A DNA stretch of 64,000 nucleotides from Octopus vulgaris (GCA_951406725.2 OX597818.1:21452001-21516000); one strand, 5' to 3'. Numbered from the stretch's first letter, positions 50,988-64,000 are shown. Notes: generated from the letters alone by a model not told the origin. Made by a program: numbers and translations.

Positions 50988-52442
50988 TTGGTGGAATTTG
51001 AACTCAGAATGTAGCAATGGGTGAAATACCACTAAGCATTTTGTCCAGTGTGCTAATGATTCTGCCAGCTCAAATACATTAAAAAAGGGAAATGTCTAAA
51101 CAATAATACAATAGCAAAGATTACAATAATATGACTACATTAAAGTTAGAGTCATATGTCTGCCTGCATCAATGGTTGAATGCCAAGTTCAACGCTAGGG
51201 AATAAACTGTTACTGAACCTGGTTGTCTGGTTTGACAACATCTGTAGCATCTGCCATGTGGCAATGATCCAACAAAAGAGCCTCTACATAGTTGTTTGAC
51301 CTCAAATCATATCATACTGTCTTTGAAAATGAACACAAAAGATAACATGTGATTCTAGATGCACTTATAAACAGATGGGATAATCATGGTTCCAATGCCA
51401 TTGATGATAGGTGTTCATAATCAGGGCTGGCATGAAGATAAACAACAACAAATCAACCAGAAAGCAGCAAAGTTGTCTGTAATGCAGGGCAAACTTTATA
51501 TGGTATCCAAAATTTGAACAATAATTTTTCACTTATGATGTTTCATCCTATGTATTACCTACAGTACCTTTCTGTCAATAAATAATCCCAGCTCAAGACT
51601 GACTGCCAAAGATTCATTCATCAACATGCTTCAGATACTAGCTTAAATATGTACTAATTGATCTGCAATAGTAGCCCATGCTCTTCTGAACATGTTAGCT
51701 TCAACCTGCTCTATCCAGGCTTACTTGTTTCTTCTCCCAGTCTCATTAATCATGTTGTGTCTCACTAGGGAAGTTTTGTATTAAACCCTTTTCCCAATAT
51801 TTCCTCCCCAAAACTGCAATCTGCTGGAATTCCCTTTCTTGTCAACATTTTTCGTGCAGAAATACATATGTTAATATCACTAGTATGGACAGGCCTACAA
51901 ACAGCATGAGTATTGTGCCTTCACCTTTCACTTATACAAAATAATTGAGCATGGGTGTACACATGTAAATTACTGAATTCATCAAACAAGAGACCTCATA
52001 CTAAAATACTACTAAAGTAGCACTTTCATGAACCTGTTGAACCTGTATCTGTGTTCAATTTTAGATGTAGTAAATCCATAAAATCATATACTCAATGACT
52101 TGTAAGAGAAACTCTCTTCCATAATTTTTTAATATTGGTTTAAATATTTGATACAGTTCACAAACACACACACACTTTTTTTGGCAGTAACATCAAATTC
52201 AAATCAAGTTTTGTATCAATCATTACAGCATTGTACTGTTGAGTACTAAAACAAATGAAGTGTGATATCTGTCAAAATATATAATGTAGATGTTTAGTAG
52301 ATCAGCTTATAAAAGACCATACATAATAAATACAGTAACTAATAGTTGTGTGCATGTATCTATAAACATATAGATGTTTACTGGGACTATAAACTATACA
52401 TACACACAATAGCTGATCTGTGCTGCAACCTATATATATATA

Positions 52443-52583
52443 TGGCTGTGTGGTTAAGAAGTTAGCTTCTAAACCACATGGTTCCACTGCATGATACCTT
52501 GGGCAAGTGTCTTCTACTATAACCCCAGGCTGACCAAAGCCTTGTAATTAGATTTGTTAGATGGAAACTGAAAGAAGCCCATC

Positions 52584-52624
<41 letters not shown>

Positions 52625-52830
52625 TATGTCTTTGTCCTCCACCACTGCTTGACAACTGGTGTTGGCTTGTTTACATCCCCATAAGTTAGTGGTTCAGGAA
52701 AAGAGACTGATAGAATAAGCAACAGGCTTGGAAAAAACAAAACCATAAGTACTGGAGCTGCTTTGTCCAACTAAACCCTTCAAGGTGATACTCCAGCTTG
52801 TCTAATAACTAAAACAAGTAAAAGATAAAA
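52443..52830 (+). mobile_element. Family B CORE-type SINE, near full length, internal (TG)n
   Basis: tRNA-like head, ccttgggcaagtg core, tail ...aacaagtaaaagataaaa. Confidence 0.75.
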
Positions 52831-52874
52831 AATATAATATGTATGTATGTGTGTATATATATATACATATATAT

Positions 52875-53980
52875 ACTAGCTGGTCTACCCGGTAATTCCC
52901 GGGGGTAAATATGATCTATTGAAACGCCTTATTACTCTGATATAAGAAAGCAATTTTGCTATAACTACCACAAAAGGTATATTTTCTGTCATGAAAAAGT
53001 ACAAAAACTGTCAGCTGAAGGAGGGAGAGATTGTTGGAGGTTGGCGAGAGAGGTTGTCGGAGGTTGGCGAGAGGCAAAGACATTATTCGGCTTAGCAAAG
53101 GCATCTGGAAAATGAGTAACTGCTGTCATTCACAGAAAAACTATTGTTTTACTGTGAGAAAAGTGCTGCTGAAGTGTTAAGTGAAATTTGGCAATCAAGG
53201 ATGGAATCCATGCTATGCCTGCATAAAGCCACTACAAATACGTTGTGGGATAAAAAAATTTATCTACTGTCATCGAAAAAGTGTAACTGTTAAAATGCTG
53301 AATTATTGGAGTAATGGGCATTCAAAAAAGTATGTATGTATAGAAATGTATGAATGAAGTCTTGAAGGTTTAAGATTCAAATTCAGGAAGTGCAATAATA
53401 ATGTTTAGCTGTTCAAAACTCTGAGTAGTGAAATGCAGAATTAGGCCGGCTGGTCATGAGAATCAAATATTGATCACTTCACTAAAATCTGCAGGTAGTA
53501 TGAGTTATTTCCTTGGGTTGTTTGAATAAAATATTAGTACTATGCAGTAGATAGAAGGATCCATTGGAAGGGCCCTATTATCGATTTTTTTTCAGCAATC
53601 TAAATGTCATGAGGTTTCCAGACATGAGTTCTACTCATGTGTCAAAGTATAAAAGTGATATTGTCTGCAAAAATTAGAAATAGGGCACACAAAAAAATCA
53701 ATATTCAAAGTAATCGAACATAACAATGAAATGGGTTATTTCCCTTGAGTGCTTTAAAAAAATATTGTACAGGTGCTATGGGTTATTTCCCTTGGGTGTT
53801 TAAAAAAAATTAGTTATACGAGGTAGATATAAAGGTCCCTTCCATGGGCTGCATTGTCGATTTTTTCAACAATCTAAGTATGTCACGAGGTTTCCAGACA
53901 TGAGTTCTACTCACATGCCAAGTTTCATCAAAATCAATAAAACGATGTAGGAGGAGTTAGCTAACAACGCCACAAACAAG
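52875..53980 (+). mobile_element. Non-autonomous Helitron/Helentron-like element with internal ~145-bp repeats
   Basis: Starts actagc...acccgg-taatt-cccggg (short palindrome) and ends gccaagtttcatcaaaatc...ggaggagttag, an architecture I associate with DINE-1/Lep1-like elements. 53500-53648 is repeated at 53778-53923. Confidence 0.5.
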
Positions 53981-54568
53981 AAAGCACTAAGAAGGGCATC
54001 CAGCCATAGAAATCATGCCAGAGCAGACAATGGAGCCCAGTGTGGCCCCCAGTCTTACTAACTGCAGTCAAATCATCCAACTCATGCTAGCATAAAAAAA
54101 CAGACATTAAATGATGATGTGTGTATTTGTTCCCCATGACTGCTTGATACTGGTGTTGGCTTGTTTACATCCCTGTAAGTAAGTGGTTCAGCAAAAGAGA
54201 CTGATAGTGTAAGTACCAGACTTAAATATAAATCCTTGGGTTGATTTGCCACAACATGTTTAAAGTACAATGAGTGGAACAAGTGAAAGATAATAAATTT
54301 TATACATATCTAACAAAATATATTCAATTTTCATTAATATGGTGAGTAGAAATAGGAAGGGCATCCAGTTACAAAAAGACAGTGAAAACTTGTAGTATCA
54401 AGTCATGTAGAAAAACAGTGTTGTAGAAATTTTCACACCAACTCAAAAAAAAAAAAAAACTCAAATAACTGGTAGCAGTAGAGGTTGGTGTGATTGTGTG
54501 GCTTTTATTCTATATAAATTCTCATTTAATTCCTATCATTCCAAATATATATGTCTATTTTTCAGTAG

Positions 54569-54620
<52 letters not shown>

Positions 54621-55326
54621 TTGTTTGTGTGTGCTTCTGTTATAAAATATAGTGAGCATTTGAAGGGCAAAATATTGAATTGCTTCAAATGAGAAGAATC
54701 AGTTTCTTAAAAGCAGTTTTATAGGAGAAAGATATGCTCAAGTTAACAAAGAATGTTAAAGAAAGTTCTTTCAAGAATTGTTACCTTTCAAGTCCACAGC
54801 AGTTGGCAGCAATCACAATGGCTACCATATAAAACTATTTCGACCATAAAGTCTGTTGCCAGGCAGTTAACTTCTTTCAAGTGTAGAATTGTTAAAGCAA
54901 TCATAATGGCTACTTGCCTATAAATGTTCTAACTAGATGTCTGTTTATTTTTTTTCAATGAACTATATCAGGGAAGAGGTAATATATAAAAGTAATTTAT
55001 TAAAAAGAATAATGCTTCAACCATACTATTTCCAAACAATATAACAGACAAAATATGTTTCTTTCATATCCCACAGCTGCTCTACATTTGAAAGAGTTAA
55101 TAAGATCTATAGTGTGTAATATTGAAGACTAAGAAAGGAGCTTTTTTATCCATCAAAGATTCATATTTACTATACGTCTATATGGTATACTGCTAAATAC
55201 AGTATTTTAGAAAGCAGCTCTACTTTTGAACCTTGCATTTCAAAAGAAGTATAATGGCTAATAAAATCACAATAAGTGAGGTCATGTTAATGGACTTCCA
55301 TATCCATGCTTCTGGTATGGGAACAG

Positions 55327-55358
<32 letters not shown>

Positions 55359-55755
55359 GAAGAACAAAAATGTTTGTTAGTCTAAAGTGAAAAACAGTGC
55401 TTATAGACATTTTTGTCATGTGTAGATGAGAAGATACAAGTGTAATGTAATTGTCTTCTTAGCTTCTGTAGTAATCTTCCAGACCTAAGTGCTTAACTCT
55501 GGTTTTATGGTATGAAGAGAATGATGAATAGATCTCTTCATTGTTAGAATACCAATCTATTACAAGTAAATTTCCCAGGTGATCTTGTGCCAATTTCAGA
55601 CAGCTAGATAAGTTGATGCAAGGTAAAAATAAGGAACTCTTTTCAGAAACATTGAAATGCCTGTAATGATCTATGAGCTGTAAGTGCTAAAGGCAATTTT
55701 GCTTTGAGGCTTATAGGTAGAAGCAGTAATGCAGTATATATATATATATATATAT

Positions 55756-56140
55756 GGAAGCACTCCGTCGGTTATGATGACGAGGGTTCCGGTTGATCCA
55801 AATCAACGGAACAGCCTGCTCGTGAAATTAACGTGTAAGTGGCTGAGCACTCCACAGACACGTGTACCCTTAACGTAGTTCTTCAGGGATATTCAGCGTG
55901 ACACAGAGAGTGACAAGGCCGGCCCTTTGAAATACAGGTACAACAGAAACAGGAAGTAAGAGTGAGAGAAAGTTGTGGTGAAAGAGTGCAGCAGGGTTCA
56001 CCACCATCCCCTGCCGGAGCCGCGTGGAGCTTTAGGTGTTTTTGCTCAATAAACACTCACAACGCCCGGTCTGGGAATCGAAACCGCGATCCTATGACCG
56101 CGAGTCCGCTGCCCTAACCACTGGGCCATTGCGCCTCCAC
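55756..56140 (-). mobile_element. Young tRNA-derived SINE (Arg-like head), inserted in (TA)n
   Basis: Minus strand ggaggcgcaaTGGCCCAGTGGttagggcagcggacTCGcgg...GGTTTCGATTCC (A and B boxes, TCG at the anticodon position). CpGs largely intact; (TA)n on both sides. Confidence 0.85.
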
Positions 56141-56178
56141 ATATATATATATAGTGAGAGAGAGAGAGAGAAGTTTAG

Positions 56179-56289
56179 GCCAGTGAGATAGTGGAGAGGC
56201 CAGCAGCATTTTGGGAGACTGTCATATTCTCTGAGGAGTCCAGAATTGCTGTATTTCCTTACAGTGGTCGAGTGTGGGTCTGGAGACCA
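56179..56289 (+). mobile_element. Tc1 transposase fragment
   Basis: FWETVIFSEESRIAVFPYSGRVWVWR matches the W..V.FSDES....G...VWR motif. Confidence 0.7.
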
Positions 56290-56294
56290 CTCCC

Positions 56295-56812
56295 GGCTAT
56301 GGTCACCCCACAGTGTAAAATGAACAGTGGACCTTGAAACAATTCAGCAAAGCTTCACAAAGTTCAGCTACTGGGAAAGGCGGAAGCAACTAAGACTCTA
56401 CTCCCTGGAGTGAAGGTAGGAGAGATATGCAGTGATATACATCTGGAAAGATCCTGGTAAATTTTGGCATTGAAAGCTACACAAATGCCAGAACAGGTTA
56501 CCACTGCACAGTGCCAAAGATTCCCAGAATGCTGTTGCACTTGGGGACCAGTTATTGCAACAGCCTGGGTTTCAGGGGCCCACAACATATGAATATTCTC
56601 GCAAAGAGCCTGAGGGACTGACAGTAAGTGGATGTAGGTGTTTTCAAATCAAAAGTGGATCGCTTCCTATTGAGAGTTCCAGATGTCCAATAAGGGCAGC
56701 GACATCAAACTCCCTTATTCAGCAAATACCACATATCAGGGGAGGCTCTCAATAATAACATTGTAGCAAAATGTCGGTGTCCCAGCATAGCCACAGCTCT
56801 GAGCTGAAACTG
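56295..56812 (+). mobile_element. CR1 LINE 3' end
   Basis: LWSPH...LETIQQSFTK/SYWERRKQLRLYSLE*R*ERYAVIYIWKIL...FKSKVDRFL, typical of CR1 C-termini; 3' tail ggtgtcccagcatagccacag...gctgaaac. Confidence 0.8.
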
Positions 56813-57388
56813 ATAATATATATATATATATATATAAAAGAAGTTTGTCTTTTCAACTTCATTTCATCTACTCTTCTATTTCTGCGCAGATCATAAACCT
56901 CTGTTAGTTCTTTTTCATTATTCTATTTCAGTACCATGTCATCATGTAAATATAGTTTTCAATAGTTTCATCTTCCTTGTTGTTGCCTTAAGACAACCTT
57001 AGTTTACGCATTTCCTTAACCACCACAAATTCATTGATTCATTTGTCTATTAAAGTTTTATCACACAGTTACTTATTTATCTAATTTTGTCTTAGATTGT
57101 CTGACTGAAAACTCTCAGATTTCTCAATTCTATTTTACTATTATCAACATTTGCTGTCTCGTTAAATTATGTTACGCAGATCCCGAAAGAATATTTTCCT
57201 CCCTCGTGTTCTTGACCACTTCTCCCTCTCTCTCTCTAGCTCACTCTGTCCCTCTCTCAGCCTCACTCTGTCTGTCTCCCTCTTTCGATTACCACTCGCT
57301 TCACCAAGACTTCCAAGGAATGAAGCCAGTATGCTCTGATGGATGTGTAATGCCAGTATGCATAGAGAAAAGTTGGACCTAAGAAGCC

Positions 57389-58994
57389 ATGCTAGCTTCA
57401 TTTCTTTCAAGTCTACGCATGTCCTCTGCAGTCATAGCCCATGTTTCATTACCGTGAAGCATGGCAGTTCGCACACATGCATCATACAGTCTACCTTTCG
57501 CTCTGAGGGAGAGACCCTTTTTCGCCAGTAGGGGTAGGAGCTTTCTGAACTTTGCCCAGGCTATTCGTATTCTAGTGGTGATACTCTCTGTGCATCCACC
57601 TCCGCTACTAACTTGGTCACCCAGGTAGCGGAAACTATCAACTACTTCTAGTTTCTCTCCCTGGGGTGTGATGGAATCTGCTTTCTGAGTGTCTGTGGTG
57701 TCTATATTGTCCCTGTGCATCTGCCGCACATGAAAGCTATCTTATCTGTTAATTTCCCTTTAATGTTGCTGCACCTCTTGTGCGTCCATAGCTTACATTG
57801 GGTGCATCTTATGGAGTTTCTACCTGCACCTTTCCTACAGATTGAGCAGGGCCACCTACCCGAGGGTGTGTGTGCTGAGTACGCCTTGCTGCTTACTATT
57901 ACTTTGGTCTTTGCTACATTTACTCTAAGGCCCTTTGATTCTAACCCTTGCTTCCACACCTGAAATTTCTTTTCTAGTTCCGGTAGTGATTCTGCTATGA
58001 GAGCCAGGTCATCAGCATAGAGGAGCTCCCAGGGGCATCCTGTTTTGAATTCCTCTGTTATTGCCTGGAGGACTATGATGAATAGAAGGGGACTGAGGGC
58101 TGAGCCCTGGTGCACACCTACTTCTACCCGGAATTCTTCACTATATTCGTTGCCAATCCTAACCTTACTGGCAGCCTCTCTGTATAGAGCCTGTACAGCC
58201 CTTATTAGCCATTCGTCAATCTCCAGTTTCCGCATCGACCACCAGATAAGGGAACGGGGAACCCTGTCAAAGGCTTTCTCCAAGTCCACAAAGGCTATGT
58301 AGAGGGGTTTATCTTTAGCTAGGTACTTCTGCAGTTGTCGGACCAGGAATATAGCATCAGTGGTGCTTCTACCTGGCACAAAACCGAACTGCATTTCATC
58401 TAAGCAAATTCTCTCCCTAATGAGATGGGTTATGACCCTCTCTGTGACCTTCATCACCTGGTCCAACAGTTTGATACCCCTGTAATTATTTCTATCTAGA
58501 GCATCACCCTTACCCTTGTAGCAGTTGACTATGGTGCTGCTACGCCAGTCATTGGGTATGACTCCATTGTGAACTACCTGGTTTACAATGCGGGTGACTA
58601 TGCCATAGCCAGCTGTTTTAAGCATCTCAGCAGTGATTCCTGATGGGCCGGGGGCTTTGCCTGGTTTCATATCCTTAATTGCCTTATCTACAAGGGAGCT
58701 GTCTATTCGGGTAGCTGGTTCCTCTACTGGGTCAACATTTGGCAGGCTCTCCTCCTCCCATTCATTCTCCTCGTTCAGCAGTCTTTCGTAATGGCTTCTC
58801 CAAGCCTCTTTCTTTTCACTAACAGTAAAAGCAAGTGCCCCATCATCCATGCGGACACATTTCTCTCCTGTAACATCACTATTTTCTCTGACACACTGTC
58901 TGGCAATCCGAAATACCTCAGCTCTTTGGTCCTCACGTCGTTGGACATTGGCAAACTTCTTCTTTTCTGCTACATCTTTGGCTATGTATACCTG
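57389..58994 (-). mobile_element. RTE LINE reverse-transcriptase region (truncated both ends, one frameshift near 57710)
   Basis: KAPGPSG, NYRGIKLL, QFGFVPGRSTTDAIF, FVDLEKAFD, GVHQGSALSPLLF and LYADD motifs, then a C4HC3 finger and FRYLGD. Confidence 0.95.
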
Positions 58995-59195
58995 CATGTT
59001 TGAGGGTGTGTTTGTCTCCCACCCAATTGACAACCAGTGTTAGTGTGTTTACGTCCCTGTAACATAGTGGTTCAGCAAAAGAGACCAATAGAATAAGTAA
59101 AAAAAATGTACTGGTGTTGATTCATTTGATTAAAATTCTTCAAGGTAGTGCCCCAGCATGGTTGCAGTCTAGTGACTGAAACAAGTAAAAGATAC
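58995..59195 (+). mobile_element. Family B SINE, 3' half
   Basis: gtttacgtccctgtaacatagtggttcagcaaaagagacc...gtgccccagcatggttgcagtc...gactgaaacaagtaaaagata. Confidence 0.7.
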
Positions 59196-61964
59196 ACTTC
59201 AGCAGATGTTACATAGTAACTGAAGACCAAGGATTTTGTGCATGGCATGGCATTTGAGTCACTTTGCAACTTATGCCAATCAAAAATAATATATATGTGT
59301 ATGTATGAATATTTGACTGTCTACAAACAGCTAGTACAAAAGCATATATATATATATATATAAACACATACACACACACACACAAGTATATACAATTAGA
59401 CAGAGCTATTTATAGGTGGTTGTAAAAATAATTTTCCTATTAATTCAGATATAAATGTCCAACTTCACCAAACCAATCCAATCTATACCAATATGTAAAG
59501 GAAAAAAAGTAAGAACAAGCAGATGAAAGGGTAAAAAAATATATTCATTGTATCAAGTGAATAATGGTGATTGTATTTATAAATGTTTTTCTTTATTCTT
59601 TTTTTTTTTTCAAATAAGAACTATTTGACATAGAAATTTATAAAATTAAATCAATTCATTCGTCATGAAGAATGGTGAATTCTAGTGAATTTTATTAACT
59701 GGTTTTTGCCAAAACAGATCACCACTAGCATTATACTATTTTATTTGACATACATTTGCAAGGAAGCAGATGTTATGAACTTGTGATGAATACAAAAATG
59801 CAAACATAAATGATTAATGTAGCTGCTCATTTACTGGTCTATAATAACATTGACTTAATTCCAAAATCGTTTAGCTGTAATTTCTCTTGTCTTTTTTATG
59901 TAATCAGTATAGCAATGTGGAGTGAATATATGGCTAGAGAAAGGAGATCATTGTTTATCTCATAGCAAATACTATAGCAATCAGAAAGACCTGCTAGTAA
60001 ACCAAAGCAATGACTTGGCATTGATTCCTAGTCATTACCATTTCACTCATGACACTTACATGCTTGATGAACATCACACAGTGTTATTTCTTCTTTTCTG
60101 AAAGTTGGAGATGGCTGAGTTGATGTAATGTTAAACTACTGGACTCTGCCAGGGCTCAGTGGTATGTATAGAACAGCTAACTAGTGTACTAAGTGGAAGC
60201 AGCACTAAAAATGACAACTGTTTCATTTACTTCTAGTGCTTAGTTATTCATACTTCAGCTCTGTTTCAATCAATTTTATTGCCTTTAAGTTAAAAGAATT
60301 AAAATGTATCTACTCCAATAATACCCCTTTCTAAGATATCTAAGGCCTTATGTCTTCATAAAGATCTCAAAAATACCAATAACAATGTGAATATTTTATT
60401 GGAGAATTACTCTCAAATAGAATTCTTCAAAGAATTTCATTCTTCAGAACAGCATTTGCTTCATTTAACTTCTTTGATGTGCGAGGCAATAGCTATGGAT
60501 TCTTTAAACATGTTACATGCCATTTCAACTCTACAGTACTATTGTCTCCATAACAAATGGCTGATTTTCTGGCTGGGGGACATTTTCTCCTACTGAAATT
60601 AACAATCGATCACTTTTCCTCTAACTCCTTCCCTTCTATTTTCAACCCTGTCTTTTTACACATGCAAATTCACATGTATTCACATCATTCATCTTTTCTA
60701 CCCATCTGCTTACACACACTGTTGTACTCATACATATTTGCCAACTTCCTTTTTTGTACCAGAACACTATATTGCTCACCATCCATCTTCACTTTTGTTT
60801 ACAAGAAACCACATACAGAATAGTGACATTCATAACAATCAGGACATTTTTTAAAAAATCCAAGCGAAAATATTACTTCCCAAATAATCTCTCACTTTTC
60901 TCTTCCAATTGATTAAGAGCCTCATCCAAAACATTGATGCTTTTCCTTTTCTAAATGGCTTGACACTAACTACCTATTTTCAACATAATTTCATTCTTTG
61001 ATTGAAACTAAGTATATTACTAGTACATATTTTATCATCAGTCTTAGAAGGACATAAACAATATAGATCCTGATGGAATTTGAGCTTGAAAGTGTGAAGA
61101 ATAAAATAAAATATTATTATAATTGTATTTGGTCTGGCTTTCTATCACTGAACATCTCCAGTTTTACTTATAAAAACATTGAGAACTAAGGTGCTGCAAA
61201 TGAATGAGACATGATACTGGATTGAATAAAATAAATATCTAAGCTTTTAGAAATATCTGCAATGCTGGTGCTTAACTCTACTTATAGGGTATCAAATGGA
61301 TGAAAGATAAAACACCTCAAGAATAGTGTGCCTGTCTATTGCAGATAGCATTTCTTTATGATCTGGTACATACATATTTCTGGTAGCTAAGTGAACTGAA
61401 GTGTCCATAGAATAATCTGTCCTTCTTTTAGAAGCTATGTAACATCAGATTTGGAGAGTGGTAATCCAATACCATACTTACTTAACTATTCCACACTGTA
61501 CATACATTGAATTGAATATAACAAACCACATACAATGACACCATTTCAGGCACCCTGGAAGAATGGAAGGCACTTCTCAATATTTAGTTTCATTCCTCTC
61601 AGTTTTGAATTAAAATCAAGCCAGAATTAACTGCATGTCAAAAGATGCAACGAAATGAGTATCAATAATATTCTACAGATAAAAAGAAAAAGAACAAAAA
61701 AAAATAGAAAAAAAGCTTTTCACTCATGCAAAAGCAAATCAATATTAAAGAATATAAATTGCTGGTGTAGCAAAAATGGTAGGGTACCAGACTAAATGCA
61801 TTTCCATATTTAGATGTGTCTTTACATTTTAAATTTGATTCCCACTAGAGATAATTTTGCTCTTCATCCCTCTGTATTAATAAAATGAATAACAGCAATA
61901 CACTGAAGTCAATCCAATTATTTTATATCTATCTGCCACATAAAAAAAAAAAGATTCATATTAA

Positions 61965-62575
61965 AGATTCAAGGCTAGATGGCCTCTGCCCGTCATTTAT
62001 GACCATGGATGAAGACCTTAGTTGCCTGTTCCACTGGAACTGCATAGTCTGTGGCTGAACAGTCTGATGCACAAATGGTTAGTCTCTGCCACACAAGCTG
62101 CACTTGAGTTGTTGTGTCCTTTTCCATCTTTCTAGTATCGGGTATTCAATAGAATCCAAGCCTATGTAGTAGTATGGAGGATAAGTTGTTGCCAATGCAG
62201 CATGTCCCCCACTATCCACGTCAATGATGGCTCCGAAGGAACAGCACAGCCATTACAATTTGGCATCAGTGTCATTGTAGGAGTTGCCTGAATGAGGTTG
62301 TAGACAATGTCAAACTGTCTCAGGGGGCCCCAACTCTCAATTTTTCTTCAGGATTTACTCCCAAAGCCTTTCCCATGGCTGGGTATGGTTACAAGGCAGC
62401 AAAGGTTTGCAATAAGAGTCTTCCTCTTGATGGGTTGCTCCCTTTTCCCATACTAATGAACTCCATCTATCCAAGTGACATGCTAATTAACCCATAGCTG
62501 GAATCTTGACTACTTTGACTACTGTGCTTAAGAGGTGGTCTTACAACCTTCCTTGCTATTCCTGGACCAGGGTTC
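61965..62575 (-). mobile_element. Internally deleted (bipartite) RTE/BovB-like non-autonomous element
   Basis: Minus strand has a BovB/AviRTE-like 5' UTR (gaaaggctttgggagtaaatcctgaag...ggcaactcct...gccaaa) fused to a C-terminal KCSLCGRD zinc-finger remnant and a tccatggtc...gacgg 3' end. Recognised from memory of the family. Confidence 0.55.
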
Positions 62576-63299
62576 CACTAATGTATACAGTTTTAAGTCA
62601 TATCCACAGTAAGAACACCATCCACCAAACAACAATATTGATATATAATCCATAAAAATACACGACTTTACAGAAAAAATAAAACTGATAGCAACAACAA
62701 TAATAAAAATAGGGAGTACCATTGTTATTTCCTTTCCCAACGTCGTAAATTTGTGCATACCTTAAAAATAAAAGCTTCACACAAAAATGTTTGTAAAAAT
62801 ATCACAAAAATCTAAAAATTCTGCAACATAACATTAATGGTATTAAAAACATTTTTATGGAACAGCAATATTTAATCACGAATCCCAGGATTTATGTAGC
62901 AACAATTCAAGAAATATTTTAACTCTTAGAGCACAGAACATCCTTCATTCCATATTATATTCAGATCAAACTAGACAGCTCCATTTACTAAGAAAAGTGG
63001 TATTATAAAAACATAAAACTTTGCTTTTGTAAAATAATAAACAAAATTGTACTAAATACAGACTCTCCAAGACAAAGTCAACAACACAAGGAGCACTACT
63101 ACCACTTACTTTAACCCTCTGACTAGGTTACACACCTCAAATCAAAACCTTGATATACAAACACAATCATTGGGAAAACTTCAAGGCACTCAACATTGCC
63201 TGGTTTTTAAATAATACAGATAATAAACTCATCAGAAACAATCCACACCAACATACAGATATCTCTCCAAATTCACTATAATAATTTTTCTCCAGATAT

Positions 63300-63900
63300 C
63301 GCTTTCTGATTCAAACACCTAAATACCACCACTACTTGGTAAACAATTCTTTAAACTTCCCTTGGACCACATCAATAAAAAAAGTATAAGAAAATAACAG
63401 AGTAAGTTCCGCCAAGAAACGGAATCAAAGTTTTCAGAATTCAGCAATAAAAATATCATCAACCCAAGCACAGCACAGACTTTCAACAAAATAATTATAG
63501 ACACATTTAAAAAAAATAAAGATTATTTAGAGTACTGTTATTGAATGTCTCTCATTGAGAGATTTAGAAACAATAACATCTAAAAAAGTTTTCTCGTTAT
63601 ACATTAAAAAAAAGCAACCTTAATTACAAACCAGAAGTAGCTAACCTCATGAACATCAGAAAATCTCAAATTACACCAAAACCACACACTACCAATGTAA
63701 AACTCAGCATCAAACTACTAAACAAGGAAATAACAATAAAAAATCTGGCAAATATTTGTATTCAATATAAATGACAAAACTGCCAGTATAACACTACATG
63801 GGATAATTGTCTCCCTCATCAACAAAACAATGATTACATTAGAGCCATCTTAGCAGAATTATTGGCCCCTAAGCTGGTCTCTATAGTACTTATTCATTAA
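63300..63900 (+). mobile_element. Possible highly decayed Penelope-like ORF remnant
   Basis: A/C-rich broken coding-like sequence with an NLNYKP motif; weak. Confidence 0.25.
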
Positions 63901-64000
63901 TAACAAGCCACAGTACACACATATAGAATTAGGCCCCTACACTCTGAGGCCTCCAAGCAATTGCCAAGGGTGCCCATCCTTTAAGTTGGTATAACACCAC

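Noticed and set aside
56060-56140. Bona fide tRNA-Arg gene
   Set aside because: The acceptor stem is poor and the tRNA-like head continues into a ~310-nt SINE body.
57702-59033. 443-aa ORF as an intact or domesticated RT gene
   Set aside because: The N-terminal residues come from a flanking SINE, the endonuclease domain is missing and the C-terminus is frameshifted and truncated.

Overview
AT-rich, microsatellite-dense eukaryotic genomic DNA. The repeat families (tRNA-derived CORE-type SINEs, RTE, CR1 and Penelope remnants) suggest a cephalopod, probably Octopus; this is inference. The only host-gene coding sequence I can support is two phase-1/phase-1 minus-strand exons (4275-4403 and 1335-1460) of an armadillo-repeat RAP1GDS1/SmgGDS orthologue. 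I could not locate its upstream exon(s), so much of the remaining ~60 kb may be intronic or intergenic. The rest is mostly decayed transposons: a Ty3/Gypsy pol, several RTE LINE copies with a C4HC3 PHD-type finger after the RT core, CR1, R4/Dong-like, Penelope-like, mariner/Tc1, hAT, piggyBac-type and Helitron-like elements, and many SINEs. The most unusual structure is a young RTE (38918-42388) whose last codons plus 3' UTR are repeated seven times in tandem. It carries about 23 copies of a predicted H-type pseudoknot module, and older RTE copies in the window show the same architecture. A second recurring signal is local templated duplication or inversion (a 204-bp near-perfect palindrome with templated spacer, an exon-flanking ~580-bp duplication, a duplication ending in a fold-back). 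Nearly all other ORFs in the track are spurious.
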